DNA of 64,000 nt from Myxococcota bacterium (GTDB lineage: Bacteria; Myxococcota_A; UBA796; SXON01): positions 36,925-100,924 of the forward strand of contig JAZKFH010000033.1 in the NCBI GenBank assembly GCA_040386535.1, read 5' to 3'. Every line of letters begins with the position of its first letter. The first letter of the stretch is position 1. Below are positions 34,474 to 43,814 of the stretch, piece by piece. Below the pieces are notes generated by a model. It did no database searches. It saw nothing but the letters and a program-made list of their open reading frames with translations, and had not been told where the DNA came from. The position numbers and the translations under genes were made by a program.

Positions 34474-34614
34474 CTATATGTTCGGCGCGGCCTCGGCCCA
34501 CAGGAAGAGCAAGACCCAGATCGCAGGGACCGCGGCCGCGAGGAGTAGAACCACGATCAGCACCTTGGCGAGGGTGCCTTCGCGCTCGAACGCCCGACGC
34601 TCGTGCTCATTCAT
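34474..34614 (-). CDS. Possible small membrane protein (46 aa)
   Basis: MNEHERRAFEREGTLAKVLIVVLLLAAAVPAIWVLLFLW; one TM segment. Confidence 0.4.
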   Translation of the reverse strand: MNEHERRAFEREGTLAKVLIVVLLLAAAVPAIWVLLFLWAEAAPNI

Positions 34615-34697
34615 GGGATGCACTAACCGGTAGGGTGTGGAGGGCCGCGACGCCCACGGCCGCACCCGGATAGAGCCGCGGGCACCCCGGAGCCCAG

Positions 34698-35060
34698 ATG
34701 GAAGTCACCGCCGCCGCCGCCGCCGCCTACGAGGCCGCCTTGCCGGCCGATCCCCGCGTCGAGAACAAGAAGATGTTCGGGACGCCGTGCGCGTTCGTGA
34801 ACCGCCAGATGTTCTTCGGCACCTTCGGCGACAGCATCATCGCCCGCGTGGGGCCCACGCGCGTCAAGGCCCTCGCGGGGCAGGCGGGCATGCAGGTGTT
34901 CACGCCCACCGAGGGCCGCTCCTGGCACGACTACGTGCAGCTGCCGCCGACCGCGAGCGCGGACACGCTCAAGGGGCTGGCCGAGGAGGCGCTCGCGTGG
35001 ACGTCCGTGCTCCCGGCCAAGGTGAAGAAGCCCAAGGCGCCGAAGCGCGCCAAGGCGTAG
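34698..35060 (+). CDS. TfoX/Sxy N-terminal domain protein
   Basis: KKMFGTPCAFVNRQMF...DYVQLP...EALAWTSVLPAK. Confidence 0.88.
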   Translation: MEVTAAAAAAYEAALPADPRVENKKMFGTPCAFVNRQMFFGTFGDSIIARVGPTRVKALAGQAGMQVFTPTEGRSWHDYVQLPPTASADTLKGLAEEALAWTSVLPAKVKKPKAPKRAKA

Positions 35061-35127
35061 CAGGGCGCGCGCCCCCGGCTATCGCCCGCTCAAACCAAGC
35101 AAGGGCGCAGCGCCGGCCGTCCCGCGC

Positions 35128-35712
35128 TCAGCCACCCTCCGGCACGTCGAGCACGCCCCGGTACAGGTCGTCCACCGCGATGTGGACGTCGATGCTGGCG
35201 AGCTCCACGCGCGCGCCGGGGCCGTAAGTGCGCAGGGTCCAGGTGCTGTCCGCGTCACGACGGAACACCTCGACCAGCGCGCGGTCCTGGGCCACGAGCA
35301 CGTATTCCTTCACGGTCGGGAGCGCGCGGTACTTCTCGAACTTGCGGCCCCGATCGTACGCCTCGGTGCTCGGCGAGAGCACCTCACAAATGACGGTGGG
35401 GTTGGTCGCGGCGTTCGGATCGCCGGGGGCGGGCACGAGCGGACCGCAGAGCACGGAGGCGTCGGCGTAGGCGCCCTCGTCGAGCTCGGCGAAGTAGATG
35501 CGGAGATCGGGGCCGTAGGAGGCGCAGCGGCGGCCCTCCAGCGCGGCGTCCAGGCGCCCCCCGAGACGAACCTGCAGCCGCGCGTGCACCGGCGTGCCCT
35601 CCGACATCGCGTGCGGCTCACCGTTGATGAACTCGTGCTTCTCCGCGCTCACTCCTTCGAAGGCGAGGTACTCGGCGTAGGTCATCTGGCTGCTGTAGCC
35701 GGCGACGGCCAT
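35128..35712 (-). CDS. Uma2 family (PD-(D/E)xK) endonuclease
   Basis: MTYAEYL...KHEFING...EVLSPSTEAYDRGRKFEKYR...EYVLVAQD. Confidence 0.93.
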   Translation of the reverse strand: MAVAGYSSQMTYAEYLAFEGVSAEKHEFINGEPHAMSEGTPVHARLQVRLGGRLDAALEGRRCASYGPDLRIYFAELDEGAYADASVLCGPLVPAPGDPNAATNPTVICEVLSPSTEAYDRGRKFEKYRALPTVKEYVLVAQDRALVEVFRRDADSTWTLRTYGPGARVELASIDVHIAVDDLYRGVLDVPEGG

Positions 35713-35748
35713 GCCATGGAGGATACCTCCCGGAACGAGCGTAGTCAC

Positions 35749-35887
35749 GGGCGCGCCCCCGGCGGAGGCCGCCGGGGCCGGTCCCCTCGCGGGGTCGCGG
35801 CGAAGCCGCTCCGTTGGCGCGGCCCGGCGCGCCGGGGGCGCCGAACCGGCCGCGCCCGCGCGGCCGCCCGCCGGGCACCTCGCGCGG
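35749..35887. repeat. GC-rich repeat family C, copy 2
   Basis: Closely matches 34186-34331. Confidence 0.85.
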
Positions 35888-36243
35888 AACCTCCAAACTC
35901 GCCGCCCGGAAGGCGCCGAACCCGTAGAGGAGCGGCCCGCGCACATGCTCGTCCGTATGACCCGGGCCCCGGCAAACAGCGCTCCGGACCAGAGCCTCCC
36001 GCCGACGCTCCAGACCGCGGCGCCCGCCGCGCCCGCCAACGGGCCGCCGGACCAGCGGGTGGGAGAAGGCGTGACGATGTTCGCGGTGCCTCCGAGTGTC
36101 GAACACCTGTCTCTCGCGGCCGGGTGGCACACGGATCGGCAGGTTTCCGTGCAGCTGGGGGTGCCGAGCAACCATCCAGCCGCCGCGATTCTGGCTGCGC
36201 TCGGCCGGCTGACCATCGGGCCGGATGACGCGATCGTTCCGTG

Positions 36244-36628
36244 CCCTCCGGCGCGTCAAGCACGCCGCGGTCGAGATCGTCCACCGCGATGCGGACGTCG
36301 ATGGTGGCGAGCTCAACACGCGCGCCGGGGCCGTAGGCGCGGAGGGCCCAGGTGTTACCCGCGTCGCGACGGAGCACCTCGACCAGCGCGCGGTCCTGGG
36401 CCACGAGCACGTACTCCTTCACGCATGGGAGCGCGCGGTGCTTCTCGAACTTGCCGCCCCGATCGTACGCTTCGGTGCTCGGCGAGAGTACCTCACAAAT
36501 GACAGCGGGGTTGGTGGCGGCGTTGGGGTCCCCCGGGGCGGGAGCGAGCGGCCCGCAGAGCACGGAGGCGTCGGCGTCAGGCGCCCTCGTCGTGCTCCAC
36601 GAAGTAGATGCAGAGATCGTGTAGGAGG
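36244..36628 (-). pseudogene. 5'-truncated, frameshifted second copy of the Uma2 gene
   Basis: Colinear with 35135-35522; indels near 36578 and 36620; 5' part replaced by repeat C. Confidence 0.85.
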
Positions 36629-36630
36629 CC

Positions 36631-36684
36631 GGGCGCGCCCCAGGCGGAGGCCGCCGGGACCGGTCCCCGCGCGGGGTCGCGGCG
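36631..36684. repeat. Repeat family C, partial copy 3
   Basis: First ~55 bp of family C, cut off where family A copy 2 begins. Confidence 0.75.
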
Positions 36685-36686
36685 AG

Positions 36687-36873
36687 GTCATGTCCCCGTG
36701 AGTGCACGCGGCAGGGAGTCATGCCAGGTTGAATGACTGGATTCGGGCTGGTAGCCCGGCACGGATCGCCAAAAGTGACGGTTGGTCCGTAGTGCACGCC
36801 CGCGCGAGCCCTGGAATCAGGCGTTCACGGGGACATGACTCCGATTTAGCGGCGTTCATCGGGGCATGACTCC
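36687..36873. repeat. Dispersed repeat family A, copy 2
   Basis: GTCATGTCCCCGTGA...TCACGGGGACATGAC perfect inverted repeat, followed by TCCGATTTAGCGGCGTTCATCGGGGCATGAC. Confidence 0.85.
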
Positions 36874-37011
36874 CAGCCGCGCCGTCGGGCGGCCCGGCGC
36901 TCCCGAGCGGACGTAGAATGCGGAGATGATCTCTCCAGCCACGCGGACCCCGGCAAAGGTGGGGATGAGGAGCACCACAATGTACGATCTCTGGATCGCA
37001 AGCTCACCCCT

Positions 37012-37395
37012 GTGGCGTCCGTCGGCTTCCAAGGATTTCGGCTCTCGTGGGCCGATGCGGTAGGGCTTGCAGGCACACGGGCTCGCGACGGTGAAACGAT
37101 CTTTGTGTTGGATGAGAAGTACCGCTGTCCCAAGTCTCTCTCAGAGGCTCTGGCAATGGCCGCGGAATATCTGAAGGCCGAACGGCCCGATCTTCCACCG
37201 CCGAAACACGACCCTGACTGGGACACGCCGTGCTTTCGGATGTTTTATTCGGAAGACGTTGCTGCGCAAGAGCGCGGTGTGATTCCCGGCGTTCTGTTTG
37301 TGGCTGTTGATGCTCATGATCTTCACGTGCTGACCGAGCACGAACTCGTTGCGGTGCAGCGGACGCTCTTTCTGCCACCGAAGAGCACGCCGTGA
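37012..37395 (+). CDS. Hypothetical protein (lower GC, possibly 5'-truncated)
   Basis: 127-aa ORF; the frame stays open upstream without a start codon; AT-richer codon usage. Confidence 0.45.
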   Translation: MASVGFQGFRLSWADAVGLAGTRARDGETIFVLDEKYRCPKSLSEALAMAAEYLKAERPDLPPPKHDPDWDTPCFRMFYSEDVAAQERGVIPGVLFVAVDAHDLHVLTEHELVAVQRTLFLPPKSTP

Positions 37396-37515
37396 TGCGT
37401 ACGGCGCATCCTGTCGTCGTGGCCCCTGCTGGACTCACGCCCGGGACGACCTGGGGTACCGGTCCGGCATCGCCCGAACGCGGCGTCGCCCGAACGCACC
37501 GCCGGACGCCACCCC

Positions 37516-37578
37516 CGCGCCCAGCCGACCGGCGCGCGCCGGCCGCCGCAGAGGGGGGCCCAGGGCGCCCAAGCCTCG
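37516..37578. repeat. Direct repeat left of the TA module
   Basis: CGCGCCCAGCCGACCGG...GAGGGGGGCCCAGGGCGCCCAAGCCTCG matches 38857-38969, which carries an extra internal segment. Confidence 0.75.
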
Positions 37579-37590
37579 GAGGGCAGGCTC

Positions 37591-38208
37591 TCAGCTGAGC
37601 AGATACCCCACCCGCGCCGCGACGTTGCGGAGCACCGTGTCCAACACCGGGTCATCGAGGCGGCGGTGGAAGAACGGGTAGTCGGGGATCACGTCCTCCG
37701 CGCGCTCGAACAGGGCGACCGCGGGCGCGTTGCCGAAGGAGGCGTAGGCGATGCCGTCGAGATCGGGGAAGGCGTCGTAGATGGCGCGCGCCCAGCGCTG
37801 GGCGCGGAGGCGGGTGCCGGAGTTGATGGCCATCGAGGCCCCCGCGCGCGTCGGCCATGTCGCGGTGAGATCGAGGAGGCGCAGCCCGCGGGCCGCCGCG
37901 AAGCCCACCAGGGCGGGGTCGTTGACTGTGCGGTCGATGACACGGGTCTCCTGGAAGACTCCGGCCACACACGTGGGCCCCTCCGCCGCGCCGTAGAGCA
38001 CCTTGCGCGGTTGGATACCGGGCGGCGGGAGATGGGGATCGAAGCGGGCGCTGGTGGGCCCGAAGGAGCGGAACTGATCCCACGTGGTCGGGTGCCGGCC
38101 GCCCTGAAAGTACACGCGCCAGAGCTCCGTCCCGGCGGGAACCAGGCGCACGTCGGCGCCGATGGCCGCGAGCGCCGCGGGGGCGGGCGGCTCCGGAAAC
38201 TTCGGCAT
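37591..38208 (-). CDS. RES domain toxin (NAD+-acting family)
   Basis: LWRVY...FRSFGPTSARFDPH...VLYGA...LRLLDL...WARAIY...DGIAYAS...ALFERA. Confidence 0.9.
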   Translation of the reverse strand: MPKFPEPPAPAALAAIGADVRLVPAGTELWRVYFQGGRHPTTWDQFRSFGPTSARFDPHLPPPGIQPRKVLYGAAEGPTCVAGVFQETRVIDRTVNDPALVGFAAARGLRLLDLTATWPTRAGASMAINSGTRLRAQRWARAIYDAFPDLDGIAYASFGNAPAVALFERAEDVIPDYPFFHRRLDDPVLDTVLRNVAARVGYLLS

Positions 38209-38211
38209 GCT

Positions 38212-38808
38212 CTACGGGAGGCCGTCGGCGAGCTGGGCGACCCGCGCAGGGTCGTTGCCGGCGAGGAGCCAGTCGCGCGGGCTCGTCGGGCGTTCGTCCT
38301 CGCCGTGGGCGAGATCGGGGCTGGGGAGGGTGAGCCAGGCGAGCAGCTCGACGGCGGACATGTGCTCGGGAAGGTGCGCGACGACGCGGTCCCACCCGGG
38401 CAGCTCGTGTCCGTCGGGGCCGAATTGGAAGCTGGGGACGAGCCGGCCGCGCCGACCATGAAGGCCGACCAGTGTCCGCTGCGCGAACCGCTGGCGGATC
38501 CGCCCCTCGCTGACACCCAGGCGCGCCGCCGCCTCGCTCGTGGTCAGCGCCGAAGCGAGGATCGCGGCGTGTTCGGCGGCGGCCCGGACCACCGGGTCAT
38601 CCTTTCCGAGGTCACGCGGCTCGAGATCGAAGCCGCCCCGCCGAAGCGCGTCGGACTCGGGTGCCGTCAGGCCCGACCGCCCCCCGAAGGGGTACAGAAC
38701 CGCCCGGCGTGACGCGACGGCCTCCGCGAGCGCCGCTTCGAGATCCTCCGGCTCGGCGCGCAGGCCGTGGGCGTGGAGGAAGGCGGTGAGGGCGAGCGCG
38801 GAGGGCAT
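38212..38808 (-). CDS. Antitoxin/DNA-binding protein of the RES TA pair
   Basis: HTH LTTSEAAARLGVSEGRIRQR; PSFQF; C-terminal WLTLPSPDL...SPRDWLLAG (Xre/MbcA-like); 3 nt upstream of the toxin. ATG 38808 chosen from the promoter position. Confidence 0.85.
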   Translation of the reverse strand: MPSALALTAFLHAHGLRAEPEDLEAALAEAVASRRAVLYPFGGRSGLTAPESDALRRGGFDLEPRDLGKDDPVVRAAAEHAAILASALTTSEAAARLGVSEGRIRQRFAQRTLVGLHGRRGRLVPSFQFGPDGHELPGWDRVVAHLPEHMSAVELLAWLTLPSPDLAHGEDERPTSPRDWLLAGNDPARVAQLADGLP

Positions 38809-38817
38809 GACTGACAC

Positions 38818-38846
38818 ATAGTAGTGCCGCTACCCAACGTTAGCAA
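38818..38846 (-). promoter_or_regulatory. Sigma70-like promoter of the TA operon
   Basis: Minus strand TTGCTA-N17-TACTAT ending 9 nt before ATG 38808; imperfect palindrome GCTAcccaacgtTAGC overlaps the -35 box and spacer. Confidence 0.6.
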
Positions 38847-38856
38847 GGCACGTCAA

Positions 38857-38969
38857 CGCGCCCGGCCGACCGGAGCGCGCCGGGCGCCGCGCCCGGCGGT
38901 CCCGCCCGCTTCGGGCGGACGGAGGCCGAAGGCCGACCGCGGAGGGGGGCCCTGGGCGCCCAAGCCTCG
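38857..38969. repeat. Direct repeat right of the TA module, containing a GGAGGCCGAAGGCCGACC motif
   Basis: Matches 37516-37578; internal 19-mer CGGAGGCCGAAGGCCGACC is identical to 13392-13410. Confidence 0.75.
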
Positions 38970-38973
38970 ACCC

Positions 38974-41484
38974 CTACTTCGCCCTTGCCAACTCCCGCCC
39001 GCTCCCGACGCGCCAGTGGCGATCGTCGATGATCATCTTGGTGACCGCCTCGGCCGCGACGGGCTTGCTGAACAGGTAGCCCTGGGCGCTCGTGCACTTG
39101 AGGAGGCGCAGGCGCTGGGCCTGCTGGGCGGTCTCGACACCCTCGGCGATGACGTCCATGCCGAGGTTGGCGGCCAACGCGGCGATGGTGCCGACGATCG
39201 CGTTCTCGCCCTCGCCGCCCATGCGGTTGACGAAGCTCTTGTCGATCTTGAGGGTGTCGACCGGGAAACGGTGCAGGTAGGACAAGGAGGAGTAGCCGGT
39301 GCCGAAGTCGTCGAGGCTGACCCGCACGTCCATGCGGCGGATGCGGTCGAGCATCTCGGCGGCCATCTCGGGGTTCTCGATGAGGACGGTCTCGGTGATC
39401 TCGACGTGGAGGCTGCGCGGATCGAGGTCGTGGTGGGACAGGGCGTCCTTGACGTGCTCGATGAGGTCGGGCTGGGCGAACTGGCGGCCGGACAGGTTGA
39501 CGCTCACGGTGAACGCGCGCCCGTGCAACACGTCGAGCCACTGGCGCATCTGGCGGCACGCCTCGCGCAGCACGTGGTCGCCGATCGTGACGATGAGGCC
39601 GGTCTCCTCGGCGAAGGGCACGAACTCGGAGGGCGAGATGAGGCCGCGGGTGGGGTGCATCCACCGCACGAGCGACTCGACGCCGAGCACGGCGCCGGTC
39701 TCGAGCGAGACGACGGGCTGGTAGTAGACCTGGAACTCGTCGCGCTCGACCGCCCGCCGCAGGTCGCTCTCGAGCTGGAGCAGGGCGACGGCGCGCTCGT
39801 GCATGGCGCTGTCGAACACGACGTGCCGGGCCTTGCCGAGGGCCTTGGCCCGGTACATGGCGGTGTCGGCGTCGCGAAGCAGGTCTGCTGGTTTGTCGTC
39901 CGCGGAGTCGGACAGGGCGATGCCGATGCTCGCGGTGGGGAACACCTCGCGCTGGGAGATGGCGAAGGGCTTGGAGAGCTCGTTCTGGATCTTGGACGCG
40001 ACGCGGGTGGCCTCGCTCGGCTCGCGGAGCTCCTCGAGGAGCACGGCGAACTCGTCGCCGCCCATGCGCGCGACGGTGTCGCCGGGGCGGAGGCAGGCCT
40101 CGAGGCGGCGGCCGATCTCGACGAGGAGCTGGTCGCCCGTGCCGTGTCCGAGGCTGTCGTTCACCACCTTGAAGCGGTCGAGATCGATGAACAACACCGC
40201 CACGAAGCGTGTGGGGCGGCGGATGCGCGCGAGGCCGTGGCGGAGGCGGTCGAGGAAGAGCACGCGGTTGGGCAGGCCGGTGAGGGCGTCGTGGAGCGCG
40301 CCGTGGGCGAGCTGCTCCTCGATGTCCTTGTGCGGGGTGATGTCCGTCTGCGAGCCGGCGATGCGCGTGGCGGAGCCCTGGGGGCCGCGCACGGCCATGC
40401 CGCGCACCAGCATCCAGCGCCAGCCCGCGTCGCGATGGCGCATGCGGTGCTCGCTCTCGAAGTGGGGCGTGTCGCCCTGCACGTGGAGGAGCAGCTCGGC
40501 CTCCACCCGCGTGCGGTCGTCGGGGTGGATGCGGTCGAGCCACTCGGTCGGCTTGGTGCCGATCTCGTCCTCGGAGAACCCGAGCATGCTCTTCCAACGC
40601 GACGAGAGGTACATCTCGCCGCTCTCCAGATCCCAGTCCCACAGGCCATCGCTCGCGCCCCGGGCGGCCAGGGCGTAGCGCTCCTCGCTCACGCGCAGGG
40701 CCTCCTCGGAGCGGATGCGCTCGGTGACGTCGCGCTGGACGGACACGAAGTGGGTGAGCTTGCCCGAAGGATCGCGCACAGGGGAGACCTGCCACTCCAC
40801 GACGTGCTCGGCGCCGTCCTTGCGGCGCATGTGGCTCACGCCCTCGAACACCTTGCGCCCGGTCTCGTCGGCGCGGAGGCGGGCCAGCCCCTCCTCGTCC
40901 ACCCAGGGGCCGCCGAACATGGCCGCGGGGTTGCCGACGACCTCGGACTCGCGGGCGTGCCCGGTCATGGTGCACCAGCCGCGGTTGACGTAGACCACGC
41001 GGGGCGCCTCGGTGTCGCCCGTGGCGATGAGGATGCCCTCGTTGAGGTTCTGCACGGCGGACTCGAGCACGCGCAGGTTGCCTTCTGCGTCGCGACGGGC
41101 CTGGCGGTCCTCGGCCTCCCGCAGCGCGCGGGCCACGGCGGGCTCGATGCGGTTGAGGTGGTCCTTGCTGACGTAGTCGGCGGCGCCGGCGCGCATGGCC
41201 TGCACCGCGGCCTCCTCGCCGATGCGCCCGGACACGATGATGCACGGCGTGTCGAGCCGGCGCTCGCGCAACACCCGCAACACGCCCTCGGAGCTGAACT
41301 GGGGCATGGAGTGGTCGGACAGGACCACGTCCCAGCCGCCCTTGGCGAGGGCACGGTCCAGATCGCGCTCGTTGTCGACGCGCTCGGCGAACACGTCGAA
41401 GCCGGCGCGACGGAGCTGCATCTGCACGAGGGTCGCGTCGTCGACGGAGTCCTCGACCAGGAGCGCACGCACGGGTCGTCTCAT
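38974..41484 (-). CDS. REC-PAS-PAS-GGDEF-EAL diguanylate cyclase/phosphodiesterase
   Basis: LLVEDS..DD receiver; two PAS domains; RPGD I-site plus GGDEF; ESL(EAL), EITE, DDFGTGYSSL. Confidence 0.95.
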   Translation of the reverse strand: MRRPVRALLVEDSVDDATLVQMQLRRAGFDVFAERVDNERDLDRALAKGGWDVVLSDHSMPQFSSEGVLRVLRERRLDTPCIIVSGRIGEEAAVQAMRAGAADYVSKDHLNRIEPAVARALREAEDRQARRDAEGNLRVLESAVQNLNEGILIATGDTEAPRVVYVNRGWCTMTGHARESEVVGNPAAMFGGPWVDEEGLARLRADETGRKVFEGVSHMRRKDGAEHVVEWQVSPVRDPSGKLTHFVSVQRDVTERIRSEEALRVSEERYALAARGASDGLWDWDLESGEMYLSSRWKSMLGFSEDEIGTKPTEWLDRIHPDDRTRVEAELLLHVQGDTPHFESEHRMRHRDAGWRWMLVRGMAVRGPQGSATRIAGSQTDITPHKDIEEQLAHGALHDALTGLPNRVLFLDRLRHGLARIRRPTRFVAVLFIDLDRFKVVNDSLGHGTGDQLLVEIGRRLEACLRPGDTVARMGGDEFAVLLEELREPSEATRVASKIQNELSKPFAISQREVFPTASIGIALSDSADDKPADLLRDADTAMYRAKALGKARHVVFDSAMHERAVALLQLESDLRRAVERDEFQVYYQPVVSLETGAVLGVESLVRWMHPTRGLISPSEFVPFAEETGLIVTIGDHVLREACRQMRQWLDVLHGRAFTVSVNLSGRQFAQPDLIEHVKDALSHHDLDPRSLHVEITETVLIENPEMAAEMLDRIRRMDVRVSLDDFGTGYSSLSYLHRFPVDTLKIDKSFVNRMGGEGENAIVGTIAALAANLGMDVIAEGVETAQQAQRLRLLKCTSAQGYLFSKPVAAEAVTKMIIDDRHWRVGSGRELARAK

Positions 41485-41521
41485 ACGGGTCGCCTCATAC
41501 GCGTCGTCTCATGAGGATGCC

Positions 41522-41965
41522 TCATCGGGCCTTCACGTCGCGGTTGGGCGACTCGGAGAGGAGCAGCCAGAAGCGGCCCAGCTCGGCGACCGCGGCGGCG
41601 AACTGGTCGAAGTCGACCGGCTTGCGCACGTAGCTGTTGGCGCCGGCGCGGTAGCACTCGAGCACGTCCTCGTCCTCGTTCGAGGAGGTGAGCACCACCA
41701 CGGGTAGGATCAAGGTGCGGGGATCGGCGCGGAGCCGTCGCAACACGTCGAGCCCCGAGAGCTTGGGGAGCTTCAGATCGAGCAGGACCACCTCGGGGAG
41801 GCGCCCCTCGTGGGCCGGCGAGCCGGTTCCCACCTTCTCCAGGGCCTCGGCGCCGTCCCGCGCGACGACCACGTCGGCGGCGAGCGCGCAGCGACCCAGC
41901 GCGCGCAACGCGAGCGCTTCGTCATCCGGATTGTCCTCCACCAGGAGGATGTACTTCCTCGCCAC
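41522..41965 (-). CDS. Single-domain response regulator
   Basis: ILLVEDNPDD, LLDLKLP, LTSS, YVRKP. Confidence 0.95.
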   Translation of the reverse strand: MARKYILLVEDNPDDEALALRALGRCALAADVVVARDGAEALEKVGTGSPAHEGRLPEVVLLDLKLPKLSGLDVLRRLRADPRTLILPVVVLTSSNEDEDVLECYRAGANSYVRKPVDFDQFAAAVAELGRFWLLLSESPNRDVKAR

Positions 41966-42132
41966 GGTTCCCCACGTCGCTCGGGTGCGGCCTTCGCCCC
42001 GATCGTCCCGTGCAACCTAAACGCCGGAGTGGCTCCGGTTGATCCATCACGCTCGATTCTCGGCGTTGAAGAACCCACGTTCTGTGGCGAGCTCAACCGC
42101 GACCGGCGACGCGCGCACCGGATCCGGCGGGG

Positions 42133-42567
42133 TCACCGTTCGGGGATCGCCGAGGGCCAGGTCAGGTCGTAGTAGTCGAAGCCCTCGCGGAGCTTGGACA
42201 TGACGGCCTCGCTCTGGTCGGAGTGCATGGTGCGGGTCTCGACCGCCTCGGCGATGGCTTTTTCGGTCGGCAACACGTCCATCGGGTTGGTCCCGTGTTT
42301 GCGCGCCGCGCGGTCGAGCAAATCCGTCATGCGGTCGAAGAAGACCTTCATCTCGTCGCGCGGATCGGACTTGAACTCGTCCTCGCGATCGTCGGCCTCG
42401 GCGAAGGGATCCACACCCTCGACCGCCGCGGGCTCGGCCACGACGAACACGGCGAGGACGTAGAGGACGGCGGCGTTGACAGCCACGAGCGCGACGTTGA
42501 TGCCGAGGGTGATCTTGATCAACCGCACGAGGCGCGGCAGATCGTCGAGTGTTACGGGCGCCGCCAT
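42133..42567 (-). CDS. Hypothetical membrane-anchored protein
   Basis: N-terminal TM segment, acidic helical domain, good codon bias. Confidence 0.7.
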   Translation of the reverse strand: MAAPVTLDDLPRLVRLIKITLGINVALVAVNAAVLYVLAVFVVAEPAAVEGVDPFAEADDREDEFKSDPRDEMKVFFDRMTDLLDRAARKHGTNPMDVLPTEKAIAEAVETRTMHSDQSEAVMSKLREGFDYYDLTWPSAIPER

Positions 42568-42605
42568 CCCGCCCGACTATCCCGACCTTTCCCGGAGATC
42601 GACCG

Positions 42606-43754
42606 ATGTGGTTCGCCCTCGCCGCCCTCGCCACCCAATCGTTCTCCCCGGCGCACGCCGCCACCGCTTGTGACGTGAAGGGCCTCAACAAGGCGCTCGT
42701 CGACGCCGCCCCCAACCAGGCCGGCGCGGCCTACGGCGCCCTCGCCGCGTGTGACCCCGCCGCCGCCAAGCAGGCCGCGCCCGAAGCGTTCAAGAAGATC
42801 CTGGCCGGTGACTCGGGGGACGCCGCGGTGGTCGTGGCCGTGGGCGCTGGCGCGGGGGACGCCGTGCGCAACTGGGTCAACACGCAGGAGCCGGACGATC
42901 GCTCCCGCACCATCAGCAAGCTCGGCGAGAAGTGCGACAAGGCCGGCGTGCCCGCGTTCTTCCTCGACACGGAGAAGTCGCTCGGCGAGAAGTTCTGGAC
43001 CGAGCGCTGGTACCGCGGGCTGGACGATTGCCGCGATCCCGCCGTGCAGGAGCTGCTCCGCGCCCGCATCACCAACACTAGCGGGGACCGCGCGCTCTAC
43101 AACGGCGTGCTCGAGGTGTTCGCCCGCAACCTCGGCAAGAACGCGATCCCGGCGCTCAAGGCCGCCGCCCAGACCGAGAAGGACCCGGAGATCTCCGGCT
43201 TCATCATCGACGCGTTCGCCAACGCCGCCGGCGTCGGGCGCGAGGGCGGCCCCGATCAGGAGGCCGTGAAGCTGGCCGTGGCCTCGATCAACGAGGTGGC
43301 GCCGCTCCTGCCGGAGAAGGCCATCGACAAGGCGCGCACCACGCTGCTCTCCCTCGGCGCCGAGGCCGACTCCGATCGCCTCGCCGGCATCCGCTACAAG
43401 AACGTGATGCAGCCCAGCGGCGGCCTGCTGTACGGCGTGTTCACCACCGAGACCGCCACGTGCAAGAAGGGGGACACCAAGGTGGTGCTCCACCACGCCC
43501 CCATCAACGAGGCCGGCCGCACCTGGCCCAACCAGGTGAACGAGCGCATCCAGGCCGCGCTCACCGGCAACTTCAGCCTGGATCTGGCGAAGTCCTGCAA
43601 GGGCACGGGCGTCAACGAGTCCGCCACGCCCCCGGCGCCTTTCAAGGACGCCGCCGCCTACCAGGCCTGGGTGGACGAGATGATCCGCGAGTTCCAGAAG
43701 AAGAACCCGGCGGTCAAGGCGAAGATCGTCGCCGAGGATCCGCTTCCTCTCTAA
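42606..43754 (+). CDS. Hypothetical secreted helical protein
   Basis: Signal peptide MWFALAALATQSFSPAHA; strong codon bias. Confidence 0.8.
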   Translation: MWFALAALATQSFSPAHAATACDVKGLNKALVDAAPNQAGAAYGALAACDPAAAKQAAPEAFKKILAGDSGDAAVVVAVGAGAGDAVRNWVNTQEPDDRSRTISKLGEKCDKAGVPAFFLDTEKSLGEKFWTERWYRGLDDCRDPAVQELLRARITNTSGDRALYNGVLEVFARNLGKNAIPALKAAAQTEKDPEISGFIIDAFANAAGVGREGGPDQEAVKLAVASINEVAPLLPEKAIDKARTTLLSLGAEADSDRLAGIRYKNVMQPSGGLLYGVFTTETATCKKGDTKVVLHHAPINEAGRTWPNQVNERIQAALTGNFSLDLAKSCKGTGVNESATPPAPFKDAAAYQAWVDEMIREFQKKNPAVKAKIVAEDPLPL

Positions 43755-43814
43755 GCGGGTGCTCCGAGCGGTCGGTAGCAGATTCGCGTACCATGGGCGC
43801 CTACGAGGGCGCCC

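Noticed and set aside
35135..36628. Uma2 gene plus near-copy as a diversity-generating retroelement VR/TR pair
   Set aside because: Mismatches involve all bases and include indels rather than being adenine-specific, and there is no reverse transcriptase in the window.
34698..38808. TfoX, Uma2 and RES cluster as a dedicated anti-phage system
   Set aside because: All are common stand-alone families, they are in mixed orientation and separated by repeats, and there is no operon structure.
38974..41965. Novel signalling system
   Set aside because: A receiver plus REC-PAS-GGDEF-EAL pair is a common arrangement; the only remark is that no cognate histidine kinase lies in the window.
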